A stretch of 64,000 nt of DNA from an uncultured Chlamydiales bacterium (GTDB lineage Bacteria; Chlamydiota; Chlamydiia; Chlamydiales; JAAKFR01), in assembly GCA_963832835.1 (NCBI GenBank), contig CAWHVD010000001.1, positions 1,160,536 through 1,224,535 of the forward strand, in the 5' to 3' direction. Positions 1 through 9,164 of this stretch are shown one piece after another. The translations under genes were made by a program, and so were the position numbers. The notes under the pieces were generated by a model that worked only from the letters and a program-made list of their open reading frames with translations, was not told the origin of the DNA and made no database searches. Position 1 is the first letter of the stretch, and every line of letters starts with the position of its first letter.

Positions 1-107
1 GGATAGAAAGGATTTGGGTTGTTTTCGAGATCGAATACTTGACTGTCCCACTCTTGAGCGATAAGGGAGAGGGGCAGTAGGAGGAAAAGAATCGTTTTTT
101 TTATCAT
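1..107 (-). CDS. 5' end of an exported protein; the gene runs off the left window edge
   Basis: The ATG at 107-105 overlaps the rnhC stop (ATGA overlap at 104-107). The translation MIKKTILFLLLPLSLIAQEWDSQVFDLENNPNPFY has a signal-peptide look. It is absent from the ORF track because it has no stop inside the window. Confidence 0.4.
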   Translation of the reverse strand, partial: MIKKTILFLLLPLSLIAQEWDSQVFDLENNPNPFY

Positions 108-991
108 GATGTAATCACCTGCGCCGTTTTAAAATGCATTTTTCCTACTTGGATCAAAACCTGAGCCCCATGCTCGTGCACCAGTTGCTTGCCAGCTTGA
201 ATGGTCATTGCGCTCGCTCCCTTTGGAAAAGGGACGCCCCATGTTGCTTTGAGTTTCTCTAAGCCCTCTAAAAAGGCCGCACGGGCCAGGATAGAGGCGG
301 CAGCGACTACTAAATCCTGTTCCGCCTTTGTTCGTTGTGTGAGAAGCACCTTCCGTTTTTTGCGCTTCAGTGCATTTTCAACTACATGCTCAGCTGCAAA
401 TTGGTCGATGATGACCGAGACGCAGCCCGACTGCTCGACCAGATTTTCGATAACAGTCGCATGTCCCCAGGCAAGTAGAAGGTTGAGGTTACCGAATTTC
501 TCGTAAAGCTCGTTGTATTTTTCAGGGTTGATGCGAACAACATGAAATAGATAATCTTTTCGTACTTTTTGGGCAATTTTTAACACCGAAGCGTCGCTTA
601 ATTTTTTTGAATCTTTCACCCCGAGATCGGCAAGATGTGAGATGCCCTCTCCTGCTGCGTAAACGCCGGCGACACAAAGCGGACCAAAAAAATCTCCCTT
701 ACCCGATTCATCAACACCAATACGAGCAGTGAGATCGAGCGTTAGTTTTTCATAACCGAAGCCAAAACTCTGTAGGATTTCAGGTTCTAGATAAAACTGG
801 ATGAAAGGGCCCATCTCCTTGCCTTGCACCATGAGTTTCCCTGAAGTGTACAAGGTGCAAGTAAGCCCCTTTTTTTTTCCTTGAAAGAGGGTGTAGGCGG
901 GCTGCGCAATCTCGAATCCCTGCTCTTGCAATCCTGCTTTAAGCTTTTCTGCAAGAGATAGATCGATTTGTACTACAAAAGAAGAGGTCAT
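104..991 (-). CDS. rnhC: ribonuclease HIII
   Basis: The N-terminal domain is typical of RNase HIII. It is followed by an RNase HII/HIII fold with GVDESGKGDFFGP and the downstream DSKKL motif. The probable start is Met13 (MTSSF, CAT at 989-991). Confidence 0.85.
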   Translation of the reverse strand: MTSSFVVQIDLSLAEKLKAGLQEQGFEIAQPAYTLFQGKKKGLTCTLYTSGKLMVQGKEMGPFIQFYLEPEILQSFGFGYEKLTLDLTARIGVDESGKGDFFGPLCVAGVYAAGEGISHLADLGVKDSKKLSDASVLKIAQKVRKDYLFHVVRINPEKYNELYEKFGNLNLLLAWGHATVIENLVEQSGCVSVIIDQFAAEHVVENALKRKKRKVLLTQRTKAEQDLVVAAASILARAAFLEGLEKLKATWGVPFPKGASAMTIQAGKQLVHEHGAQVLIQVGKMHFKTAQVITS

Positions 992-1018
992 GGCATCGAT
1001 TTTGCATGGCATATTCAA

Positions 1019-2467
1019 ATGTCGCAACCCCTATTATTGGTGTGTATTTTTTGTTTAGTCTGTTCGACCGGATGCTTTCGCCATTGCTACCGGTCGCATC
1101 CTTATTCATTATGCCAAACCGATCTAGGTGAAAATGTTCAAGAGGCTTTAGAAACGGGGGTTGTGAGGGCAGGCGAATTGCCATCTGGTGCATGGTGGGT
1201 TTTTTTTCAGGATGAACAACTCGATCGCTTGATGGAAGTAAGTCTTGCTTGCCATCCCGACATCCATATTGCAGAAGCACGTATCACAAGAGCCTATGAA
1301 GAGGCAAGAGTGGCCAGATCGGCCCTTTTTCCTCATCTTTTTGGTTTGGCAGACGTGCAGCGCAAGAAGATCAGCAAATTAGGGGAAGGGTTTGTTCCCA
1401 GTTTACCTACACTTTTTACACAAACGACCTTAAAACTCACATCGGCTGTATACGAGCTCGATGTATGGAAAAAAAACCGTTCGATTTACTATGCCTCCCT
1501 CGATTTAGCACAGGCCAAACGCGCTGAGTATGAGGAGGCAAGACTTTTATTGTCGACAGCACTTGCTGGGGTCTATTTTGATTTGCAGATGAAATGGGCA
1601 CGTAAAGAAGTGACTGAAAAAAGACTGGCTGCTCGTCGTGAGCTCTATGCGTTACACAAGCAACAGTTCGATTTAGGGATCATCTCAGAATTTCGTCTCT
1701 ATGAAACAGATACTGATGTTCAGCTTTTGCAAGATTTTGTCTATGTGCTAGAGGGTGAAATTGCAATCGATCAGCACACAATCGCAGCGCTCGCAGGCAA
1801 TGTCTGTTGTTTGTGCGGCACGGACGGCAAGTTAGAGGTAACCCCTGCAGCCCAGTTTAATCATCCTTTTCCATTGCCCTCTACATTGCCGATAGATCTG
1901 CTCGCTAGAAGGCCCGATGTTACGGCCCAGAGGTGGCGTGTGGAAGCGGCTTGTTTTGGAATTAAAGTAGCTCAGGCAAATTTTTTTCCACGGATAGATC
2001 TGCTCGGCTGGGTAGGGGTACAGAGCATTCTGATAGGCAAGCTGTTTCGAGGCGAAACGCTTGTAGCTTTAGGTGAGGGAGCGGGAGCTCTTCCTCTTTT
2101 CTTGGCGGGTAAGCTACAAGGTGATTTGGGTGTGGCTCGCGAAGATTTAGAGATTGCCATTGAGATCTATAACCAATTGATTTTAAATTCTGTACAACAG
2201 GTGAGTGACGCGTTATCTGATTTGCAAACCGCTACGAAGAGAAAGTTGGCAGTGGAAGATGCACTAAAGGATGCGACAGGGCTTTTGGACTTGACACAGC
2301 AGAAATATGAAAAGGGTGTGGCCAATAAGTTAACCTTTTTGAATGCCCTCGAAAATGTCTTTGTTCAACAAGATCTAAAAGTACAGATTCAATTGGCACG
2401 TTTTGAAGCTGCTGTTGAATTAATCCGAGCCATTGGAGGAGGGTACTATGACAACTCCTCCCTCTGA
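1019..2467 (+). CDS. outer-membrane efflux lipoprotein, NodT/TolC (OEP) family
   Basis: The ATG at 1019 gives MSQPLLLVCIFCLVCSTGC, a lipoprotein signal with a lipobox. Two OEP-type coiled repeats follow. It sits immediately upstream of, and overlaps, an EmrA-like gene. Confidence 0.8.
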   Translation: MSQPLLLVCIFCLVCSTGCFRHCYRSHPYSLCQTDLGENVQEALETGVVRAGELPSGAWWVFFQDEQLDRLMEVSLACHPDIHIAEARITRAYEEARVARSALFPHLFGLADVQRKKISKLGEGFVPSLPTLFTQTTLKLTSAVYELDVWKKNRSIYYASLDLAQAKRAEYEEARLLLSTALAGVYFDLQMKWARKEVTEKRLAARRELYALHKQQFDLGIISEFRLYETDTDVQLLQDFVYVLEGEIAIDQHTIAALAGNVCCLCGTDGKLEVTPAAQFNHPFPLPSTLPIDLLARRPDVTAQRWRVEAACFGIKVAQANFFPRIDLLGWVGVQSILIGKLFRGETLVALGEGAGALPLFLAGKLQGDLGVAREDLEIAIEIYNQLILNSVQQVSDALSDLQTATKRKLAVEDALKDATGLLDLTQQKYEKGVANKLTFLNALENVFVQQDLKVQIQLARFEAAVELIRAIGGGYYDNSSL

Positions 2468-3638
2468 AGCAAAAAGTCCTTCTGAAGATACCCAAAGAAA
2501 AAAACGGAATTTTTGGCTCCTCGTATTAGCAGCAGCTTTTTTATGTGCAGCTCTGATTGGGTTAATCTATTGGGTATTTATCGGCAGATTCTATGTATAC
2601 ACCGAAGATGCGTACACAAATGGCAACGCTGTCATGCTGACTCCTCAAGTCTCTGCAGGTGTCAAAGCCATTTATGCCGATGAAACCGACCTTGTGCATC
2701 AAGGTCAACTCGTTGTCGAGTTGGACCCTAGCGATTTTGAGCTGCGGTTTGAGGAATCAAAAAAGGAGCTGGCAGTTACTGTCCGAAAAGTAGCAGGAAT
2801 GTTCCAGGAAGTGGAGGCCAAGCAAGCTCAAATTATTTTGAAAAAGGCACAGTTGCGGCAGGCAGAGCTCGACCTAAACCACCGGGATCCTCTGGTAAAA
2901 ACCGGAGCGGTTTCAGTGGAAGAGTACGAAACCTACCAAACCAGTGTAGTTGTTGCAGCTGCGGCTGTGGACTTTGCTGAGAAAGAGCACGAATCTGTCA
3001 AAGCGTTAGTGGCAGGCACAACAGTTGCCACTCACCCGCTTGTGCAGCAGGCTGTATGGAACTTAAGGCAGACGTACTTAAATTTAATCCGTTGTCAAAT
3101 GTGGGCTCCTGTAACCGGTTATATCGCCAAACGCACAGTCCAGGTTGGAGATCAAGTTGTTGCTGGAACCACCCTTCTTTATATTGTCCCCCTCGATCAA
3201 ATCTGGGTAGAGGCCAATTATAAAGAAACAGCACTTAAAGATGTGCGCAAAGGGCAAGAGGTCAGCTTTACCGCCGATCTTTATGGAGATAGTTTCACCT
3301 ACCATGGCAGGGTTTTGGGTTTTCAGCCTGGAAGTGGAAATGCTTTTTCTCTTTTGCCACCCGAGAATGCTTCGGGCAACTGGATTAAAATCGTACAACG
3401 GATCCCTGTTCGGATCAGCATCGATCCACAGGAGCTACTCCAAAGACCTCTTTTTCTAGGGCTTTCTATGAGGGTAACAATCGATGTCCATGAAACAGAA
3501 GGGCACATGATGGCCCAAATACCTACCTTTTCTCCTCTGTACACAACTTCAATTTATGGCAGGCAACTGGAGCAAATGGTCGCCATAGATCCACTCATTG
3601 CCGATGTCATTGCCAATAATACCATTTATCAAAAATAA
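2448..3638 (+). CDS. HlyD/EmrA-family membrane fusion (periplasmic adaptor) protein
   Basis: It has a single N-terminal TM (FWLLVLAAAFLCAALIGLIYWVFIG), an EmrA-like YTNGN motif, a coiled-coil hairpin and a beta-barrel C-terminal part. The ATG at 2448 overlaps the upstream gene end. The last 4 codons and the stop lie inside a MITE. Confidence 0.8.
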   Translation: MTTPPSEAKSPSEDTQRKKRNFWLLVLAAAFLCAALIGLIYWVFIGRFYVYTEDAYTNGNAVMLTPQVSAGVKAIYADETDLVHQGQLVVELDPSDFELRFEESKKELAVTVRKVAGMFQEVEAKQAQIILKKAQLRQAELDLNHRDPLVKTGAVSVEEYETYQTSVVVAAAAVDFAEKEHESVKALVAGTTVATHPLVQQAVWNLRQTYLNLIRCQMWAPVTGYIAKRTVQVGDQVVAGTTLLYIVPLDQIWVEANYKETALKDVRKGQEVSFTADLYGDSFTYHGRVLGFQPGSGNAFSLLPPENASGNWIKIVQRIPVRISIDPQELLQRPLFLGLSMRVTIDVHETEGHMMAQIPTFSPLYTTSIYGRQLEQMVAIDPLIADVIANNTIYQK

Positions 3639-3779
3639 ACCATGAAGTGGCACTGTATAACACGCCATTTTTGAACGATCCTTTCTCGCTTAGGTGCAAA
3701 AACATAGGCTTCGAAACGATCTTTCAAATCTAGCATGTTACCCAGTGCCACTTCATGGCTTTGTTTTTGATAAATGGTA
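3620..3779 (-). mobile_element. MITE copy A (160 bp, sub-family with TTTATCAAAAATAAA termini)
   Basis: Terminal inverted repeats are TACCATTTATCAAAAATAAA...TTTGTTTTTGATAAATGGTA. It is flanked by TAA at 3617-3619 and 3780-3782. The interior matches the other copies. Confidence 0.9.
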
Positions 3780-3912
3780 TAACACCTACTCTCCTTAAAT
3801 CGACTCTTGATAGATGAAATTATTTCTATAGACTTCTGTTAAAACACCCAGCTCAATTGATTAAAATCAGCCGGTCGCAGATAATGGCGGGCCTAGGCAG
3901 GTGTTTCACTAT

Positions 3913-4332
3913 ATGCATCAAGAGCTCATTCAATTAGGTTCTATCATCAAGAAAAGACGCGAAGAGAGAGGTATCTCTTTGAAAGAGGTGGAAAATGCCA
4001 CATCGATCCGCTTTGGCTATTTGCAGGCTATCGAAGAAGGGCATTTAGGCAAGCTGATCTCTCCCATCTATGCACAGGGATTTATTTCGAAGTATGCTCT
4101 ATTTTTGGAGTTGGATCCGGAACAACTTCTCCATGATCATCCTTATGTCATGAAAGTTTTGAACGAAAAATATTCTGAGTCTCAAGATTTTACATTGGGA
4201 ATCGGAACCCTCGAAGTGCGGGGTTCTCCTGGTGGGGAGGTAAAATGGTTGCCGAATCTCATGTGGGTAGGCGCATCGGTCATGACCATCTTGGTGGGTT
4301 GGTTTTTAGCTCGCTATATCGGTATTTTCTAA
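3913..4332 (+). CDS. rodZ: RodZ-like cytoskeleton protein (XRE-type HTH plus one C-terminal TM)
   Basis: The HTH_25-like N-terminus reads LGSIIKKRREERGISLKEVENATSIRFGYLQAIEEG. The C-terminal membrane anchor is WVGASVMTILVGWFLARYIG. The short form resembles chlamydial RodZ. The ATG at 3913 is preferred over the GTG at 3901. Confidence 0.6.
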   Translation: MHQELIQLGSIIKKRREERGISLKEVENATSIRFGYLQAIEEGHLGKLISPIYAQGFISKYALFLELDPEQLLHDHPYVMKVLNEKYSESQDFTLGIGTLEVRGSPGGEVKWLPNLMWVGASVMTILVGWFLARYIGIF

Positions 4333-4335
4333 GTC

Positions 4336-5163
4336 ATGAAATTGCGCCTCTACCTGATCGGTCTGGTCATGGGGATCGCCGATTTGATGCCTGGGATTTC
4401 GGGAGGAACGATCGCCTTCATCTCAGGTATCTACGAAGAACTGCTTGAAAGTATTAAAACTCTTCAATTTCAGTCTTTTAAGAAGATTGCATGGCCGTTT
4501 CTCCTCCCTCTGGGTGGAGGAATCATCACTGCAATCCTTTTGTTTTCGAAATGGATATATTTCCTACTACAGAATTACCCCGCCCCACTTTTTGGCTTTC
4601 TTTTTGGTTTGATTGCTGCCTCTACTCTTCTTTATGCACGCAGCGCAGAGCTGAAACGACCCCAGAATTGGGTAGCACTTGTTATCGGTATTGCTGTGTC
4701 ATATGGGCTGACAATTCTCCCTTGCCAGCAACTTTTTGAGACCCATTTTCTCTGGATACTGTTGGCAGGCATGTTGGGTGTAGGGGGAATGCTCTTGCCC
4801 GGCGTTTCAGGAAGCTACATTCTTCAAATTATTGGAGTTTATCCCCTTGTGATCAGCGCACTCAATTGCCCTTCTGCGCCAGGCTCTTTGAAGCTGCTTG
4901 TCGCGATGGGTGTAGGTATTGCTTTAGGATTTATTGTTTTTTCGAGGGGGATCAGCTTTTTACTTACTCATTGTCGTGGTATCACTACAGCGGGTCTTGT
5001 GGGGTTTATGGCAGGGGGCGTGAAAACTCTCTGGCCATTTGGAATGGGAGCTATTCTATGGCCCTCCATGTGTGTCTGTGCTGGATTTGTGGTGATTATT
5101 GCATTGGAAGTGAGTATGAAACGTGTGCGTAGCGGACCTAATGTCTTCGATTCAGAAACCTAA
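4336..5163 (+). CDS. DUF368-family polytopic membrane protein (undecaprenyl-phosphate translocase-like)
   Basis: It shows the internally duplicated signature GIADLMPGISGGTIAF / GGMLLPGVSGSYIL and about 8 hydrophobic segments. Confidence 0.75.
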   Translation: MKLRLYLIGLVMGIADLMPGISGGTIAFISGIYEELLESIKTLQFQSFKKIAWPFLLPLGGGIITAILLFSKWIYFLLQNYPAPLFGFLFGLIAASTLLYARSAELKRPQNWVALVIGIAVSYGLTILPCQQLFETHFLWILLAGMLGVGGMLLPGVSGSYILQIIGVYPLVISALNCPSAPGSLKLLVAMGVGIALGFIVFSRGISFLLTHCRGITTAGLVGFMAGGVKTLWPFGMGAILWPSMCVCAGFVVIIALEVSMKRVRSGPNVFDSET

Positions 5164-5227
5164 TCTTCTCTCTGTTTAGACTTTAGATTTTTTTAGCCAG
5201 CAGTTCTGTATTACTATTAGCCTTGTC

Positions 5228-5312
5228 GCAGCCCTACAGGCTGCATAGCACGTTATTCCATTGATACCCAGGGCGTTGCCCTGGGCTATTACTGTCTCAG
5301 CCCTTTGGGCTG
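5228..5312. other. cluster of three short GC-rich hairpins
   Basis: Hairpin 1: GCAGCC-ctaca-GGCTGC (5228-5244). Hairpin 2: CCCAGGGC-gtt-GCCCTGGG (5267-5285). Hairpin 3: CAGCCC-ttt-GGGCTG (5298-5312). The cluster lies downstream of the DUF368 gene. Confidence 0.5.
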
Positions 5313-5361
5313 AATACCGGGGGACTTTGTAGACGGAAGCCCCTGCATACTCATGCTCTTA

Positions 5362-5441
5362 TACCAAATATCACAAATAATTTGCATTTAGGGGGGAGCT
5401 TTCGCTGCCGCCTAAATGCAAATTATTTGTGATATTTGGTA
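5362..5441. mobile_element. 80-bp perfect-palindrome element (second MITE-like type)
   Basis: The 31-bp arms TACCAAATATCACAAATAATTTGCATTTAGG (5362-5392) and its exact reverse complement (5411-5441) enclose an 18-nt loop. It starts with the same TACCA as the main MITE. It is flanked by TTA (5359-5361) and TGA (5442-5444). Confidence 0.55.
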
Positions 5442-5760
5442 TGACTTGTAGAAACTAAAAAACTTGTATCAGTAACAGCGTTTGACATCCTTACTCCTTA
5501 TTTTGTAAAGTAATATGATAACATATCATTAATTATTAACTAATTATTAAGATGTTAAACTTTGCTTTATTGTAATTTTAAAGATTTTATAAATGGCTGG
5601 TGAAAAGGGAGGAAGGAGGGCCTTTGGACTTAAGTTTTTTTTAGAGCATCTATCTCCGTATCAATAGGAAGCATTTTGGCCCAAGATGCGGTGTTTCAAT
5701 CTAATCATCCTTTTCTATAAAATAAAAACAGATCATTTTATTTATAATAGTATATTTTTT

Positions 5761-7830
5761 ATGGCCCATCCCCTTTACACCAATCGCCTCATCCATGAAA
5801 AATCGCCCTACTTGCTTCAGCATGCCCATAATCCTGTGGACTGGTACCCTTGGTCTGAAGAGGCTTTCCTAGCAGCAAAAGATCAAGATAAGCCTATTTT
5901 TCTCTCCATTGGTTATGCGACGTGCCACTGGTGTCATGTGATGGAATCCGAATCCTTTCAGAGCCTCGAAGTGGCTCAGCTCATGAATGAAACGTTCATC
6001 AACATCAAGGTGGATCGTGAAGAAAAACCAGAGATTGACAGCTTGTATATGGAGTTTGCGCAGGCAATGATGTCGGGGGGAGCAGGGTGGCCTTTGAATC
6101 TGATTTTGACACCCGATCTTCTGCCTTTCTTTGCATCGACTTACTTACCAGCAGATGCTCACCGAGGATTTTTAGGGGTAAAACAATTGGTTCTTCGGAT
6201 CCGCCAGATATGGAATACACCCGAAGAAAGAGAGGACGTGGTCACTCAAGCGGGGAAAATTGTGGATGTTTTTGCCGATTATGTCCACATCGAGGGTAAA
6301 GAGTTGCCTCATGTTGAACAGGTCAAGGAGGCTGCTGAGCTCTTGTATAAAACGGCCGATCCTATCTATGGAGGGACTAAGGGGTCTCCCAAATTTCCAG
6401 TCGGATTTCAAGCCTGTTTCTTGCTTCGTGTGGTTAAAAAGTCCCCCGATAGCCGCGCTCTATTTTATGTCGAGCGCTCCCTAAGCATGATGCATCGAGG
6501 AGGAATTTACGACCATTTGGGTGGTGGTTTTTCACGCTACAGTGTCGATGAAAGGTGGCTTGTTCCCCATTTTGAGAAGATGCTCTATGACAATGCCATT
6601 TTAGCGCGCACCTATCTAGAAACATGGGAATATACCCGTCAGGATTTTTACCGGGAAGTTGCTGAGGAGATCATGGATTATATTCTCAGAGATATGACTG
6701 GACCTCAAGGAGGCTTTTACTCGGCTGAGGATGCTGATTCTGAAGGGCATGAAGGTAAATTTTATCTATGGTCTTGGGATGAAGTACACCTTGCGTTGGG
6801 TAAAGATGCATCCCTTTTTTGCGAATACTACGGGATCACTCCAACGGGAAATTTTGAAGGACGTTCCATCCTGCATTTACGCCAAAGCCATGAGGAATTT
6901 GCTGCACAGAGACATCTCGATCCTGTTGTATTGAAGCAATCGTTGAAGGAGACGCGCCATAAATTGTGGGAAGTACGTGAGGAAAGAGTGCACCCCTTCA
7001 AAGATGATAAAGTGCTTTCTGCTTGGAATGGTTTAATGATTTATGCCTTAGCCGAAGCCGGGCGGGTTTTAGGTAAAGATGAGTATTTAGACGCTGCCGA
7101 AAGGGCGGCCACATTTATTCGTGATCAATTATGGAAAGAGGGGAGTCTGCTACGTCGCTGGAGAGAAGGAGATGCAAGGTTCGAGGGGTGTCTTGATGAT
7201 TATGCCTTTATGATTCAAGGTCTTCTTTCTTTGTTTGAAGCTGATAGAGGCTCTGGGTGGCTTGAGTTTGCCCTCACCCTTACCCATACACTAAAGTCCG
7301 ATTTCAAAGCAGAACATGGCGCGTTTTACCTAACTAACGGGAAAGACCCCAACCTGATTTTGCGCCGCTCTGAATTTTACGATGGTGCTGAGCCCTCTGG
7401 TAATGCAATCCATACTGAGAACCTGATTCGCCTCTATCAAATTACAGGTGTTGAGGAGTATATCAATGAGGCCGCCGATATCTTGAAAGCCGCTAAAGAA
7501 CACATCGACCTCTATCCACCTGGGGCGTGCTATCATTTGATGGCCCTTCTGCGCTTTTTGGACCTAAAAGCGCCCACAGTTGTGGTTGCTCTCAATGAGC
7601 AAGAAGAATTCAAAGAAGAGATCACCGCGCTCTTATCCGGCCATTTTATGCCTCACAAAACAGTGATTTGGAAGAGGGAATCAGACGAGGAGCTACGCGA
7701 CCTGGTCCCCACCGCCCGCAATAAGTCCCCGGTCGAGGGCAAAACCACTCTCTATATCTGCTACCGTGACAAGTGCGACGAGCCCATCACCGACGTCAAC
7801 AAAATGCGCGAAGCTATCGAAAAATTATAA
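5761..7830 (+). CDS. thioredoxin-domain protein of the DUF255/YyaL (SSP411-like) family
   Basis: The N-terminal thioredoxin-like fold carries [13 protein letters not shown] long (alpha/alpha)6 N-acylglucosamine-epimerase-like region follows. The ATG at 5761 ([10 protein letters not shown]) is preferred over the upstream ORF start. Confidence 0.8.
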   Translation: MAHPLYTNRLIHEKSPYLLQHAHNPVDWYPWSEEAFLAAKDQDKPIFLSIGYATCHWCHVMESESFQSLEVAQLMNETFINIKVDREEKPEIDSLYMEFAQAMMSGGAGWPLNLILTPDLLPFFASTYLPADAHRGFLGVKQLVLRIRQIWNTPEEREDVVTQAGKIVDVFADYVHIEGKELPHVEQVKEAAELLYKTADPIYGGTKGSPKFPVGFQACFLLRVVKKSPDSRALFYVERSLSMMHRGGIYDHLGGGFSRYSVDERWLVPHFEKMLYDNAILARTYLETWEYTRQDFYREVAEEIMDYILRDMTGPQGGFYSAEDADSEGHEGKFYLWSWDEVHLALGKDASLFCEYYGITPTGNFEGRSILHLRQSHEEFAAQRHLDPVVLKQSLKETRHKLWEVREERVHPFKDDKVLSAWNGLMIYALAEAGRVLGKDEYLDAAERAATFIRDQLWKEGSLLRRWREGDARFEGCLDDYAFMIQGLLSLFEADRGSGWLEFALTLTHTLKSDFKAEHGAFYLTNGKDPNLILRRSEFYDGAEPSGNAIHTENLIRLYQITGVEEYINEAADILKAAKEHIDLYPPGACYHLMALLRFLDLKAPTVVVALNEQEEFKEEITALLSGHFMPHKTVIWKRESDEELRDLVPTARNKSPVEGKTTLYICYRDKCDEPITDVNKMREAIEKL

Positions 7831-7927
7831 TTTCTTTTGTGCCCGCCAGGGGGCATATGCCTCTTTTTCTCCTAACAGGAAAAAGCCCCTGCACGTTATC
7901 CTTTATCCTCTAGGAATCTGAGGGATA

Positions 7928-8980
7928 ATGTTCATGAAATCAAAGTTTTTGCTTGTCTGTTTGGGGATCATTTCAACTGTGGGTGCAGCGCCTCCCTCGA
8001 TGGACTTTAATTCCAGCTTAAGTTTTGACCAAAACTATCCTGAAGACATTGTCATCAATAACCGTGTTCTACTCAAATTCAATGGTAAAACGATCACTGT
8101 GATGGATGTAGTCCGTAAAATGGATCTCCTTTTTTATAGGCAGTATGAGAACCTCGCTTCTTCTGCCGTAGCTCGCTATCAGTTCTACCATTCAGGATGG
8201 CGCACCGTACTCGGCATGGTCATCGACGACTATTTGATTATGGCTGATGCTGAAGAGAAACAGGTGAAGGTAAATGATGGCGAGGTGCGCGAAGAGCTCG
8301 AACAGTTATTTGGGCCAAATGTCGTACTCAATCTCGATAAGCTGGGTATGACTCTGGAAGAAGCCTTTGCTTTAATTAAAACAGAGCTGACCGTGCAACG
8401 GATGACTTCCATGATGGTCCGTAGCAAAGCAATGAGCGATGTTTATCCGCTTTCTGTGAAAAAAAGATACGAAAAAATGGTCGCAGAGAACCCTATACAA
8501 GATGTTTGGGTATACCGTGTTCTGTCTGTGCGAGGCCCCGGGCATGAACATGTGGCGCAAGAGGCGCATCGTTTGATCAAAGATGTCGGAGTCCCAGTTG
8601 AAGAGGTGATTGCGAAGCTTAAAACAGAAAATGTGGAACTGACATTTTCAGATGCTTACCATCAAAAAGAAAAAGAGCTTTCCGTAGCTTATCGCGCTGT
8701 TTTAGGAACATTGGCAGCAGGAGAAGCTCCCAGTGCTTCTGTATCGGCTCCCATCTCAAATAAGACCGTGAGCCGCCTGTTTTGTTTAAAGGGGATCGAA
8801 AAAGAGGAGTCTCGTACATTTAATGCCATGGCAGAAGAGCTCAAAAAAGAGCTTACTGTGCAAGCGATGGAGAAACATAATACAGAGTATCGTACAAAGC
8901 TGCGCAAACACTATGGCATGACCGAAAAATACCTGAGCCATATTATCCCAAGCGATCTTCAGCCCTTTGCCATGCGCTAA
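7928..8980 (+). CDS. secreted SurA-like chaperone (SurA N-terminal domain, degenerate PPIase region)
   Basis: The signal peptide is MKSKFLLVCLGIISTVGAAP. The N-terminal INNRVLLKFNGKTITVMDV pattern is typical of SurA_N proteins. Confidence 0.5.
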   Translation: MFMKSKFLLVCLGIISTVGAAPPSMDFNSSLSFDQNYPEDIVINNRVLLKFNGKTITVMDVVRKMDLLFYRQYENLASSAVARYQFYHSGWRTVLGMVIDDYLIMADAEEKQVKVNDGEVREELEQLFGPNVVLNLDKLGMTLEEAFALIKTELTVQRMTSMMVRSKAMSDVYPLSVKKRYEKMVAENPIQDVWVYRVLSVRGPGHEHVAQEAHRLIKDVGVPVEEVIAKLKTENVELTFSDAYHQKEKELSVAYRAVLGTLAAGEAPSASVSAPISNKTVSRLFCLKGIEKEESRTFNAMAEELKKELTVQAMEKHNTEYRTKLRKHYGMTEKYLSHIIPSDLQPFAMR

Positions 8981-9157
8981 GGGCTCGTAAAGAAATAACT
9001 TCCGCATTTGGACTCTGCGAGACAAAGCTCAATCGAAGCGAGCGTAGCTCGCATCCGAGCGAGGAGCACCATTCCCAAATCGGGAAGGGCGAGAAGGAGG
9101 ATCGATTGGGCGAAGTCGTAGCCAGTCCAAATGCAGAAGTTATTTTTTTACGAGCCC
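8981..9157. repeat. 177-bp imperfect palindromic intergenic element
   Basis: The left arm GGGCTCGTAAAGAAATAACTTCCGCATTTGGACT (8981-9014) pairs with the right arm AGTCCAAATGCAGAAGTTATTTTTTTACGAGCCC (9124-9157). Inner segments are also partly self-complementary. Confidence 0.6.
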
Positions 9158-9164
9158 TAAAGAG

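Noticed and set aside
4245-5132. Alternative-frame ORFs within the DUF368 gene (4245-4448, 4491-4739, 4866-5132)
   Set aside because: They are on the same strand but out of frame with a gene that has clear family signatures. No independent support exists.
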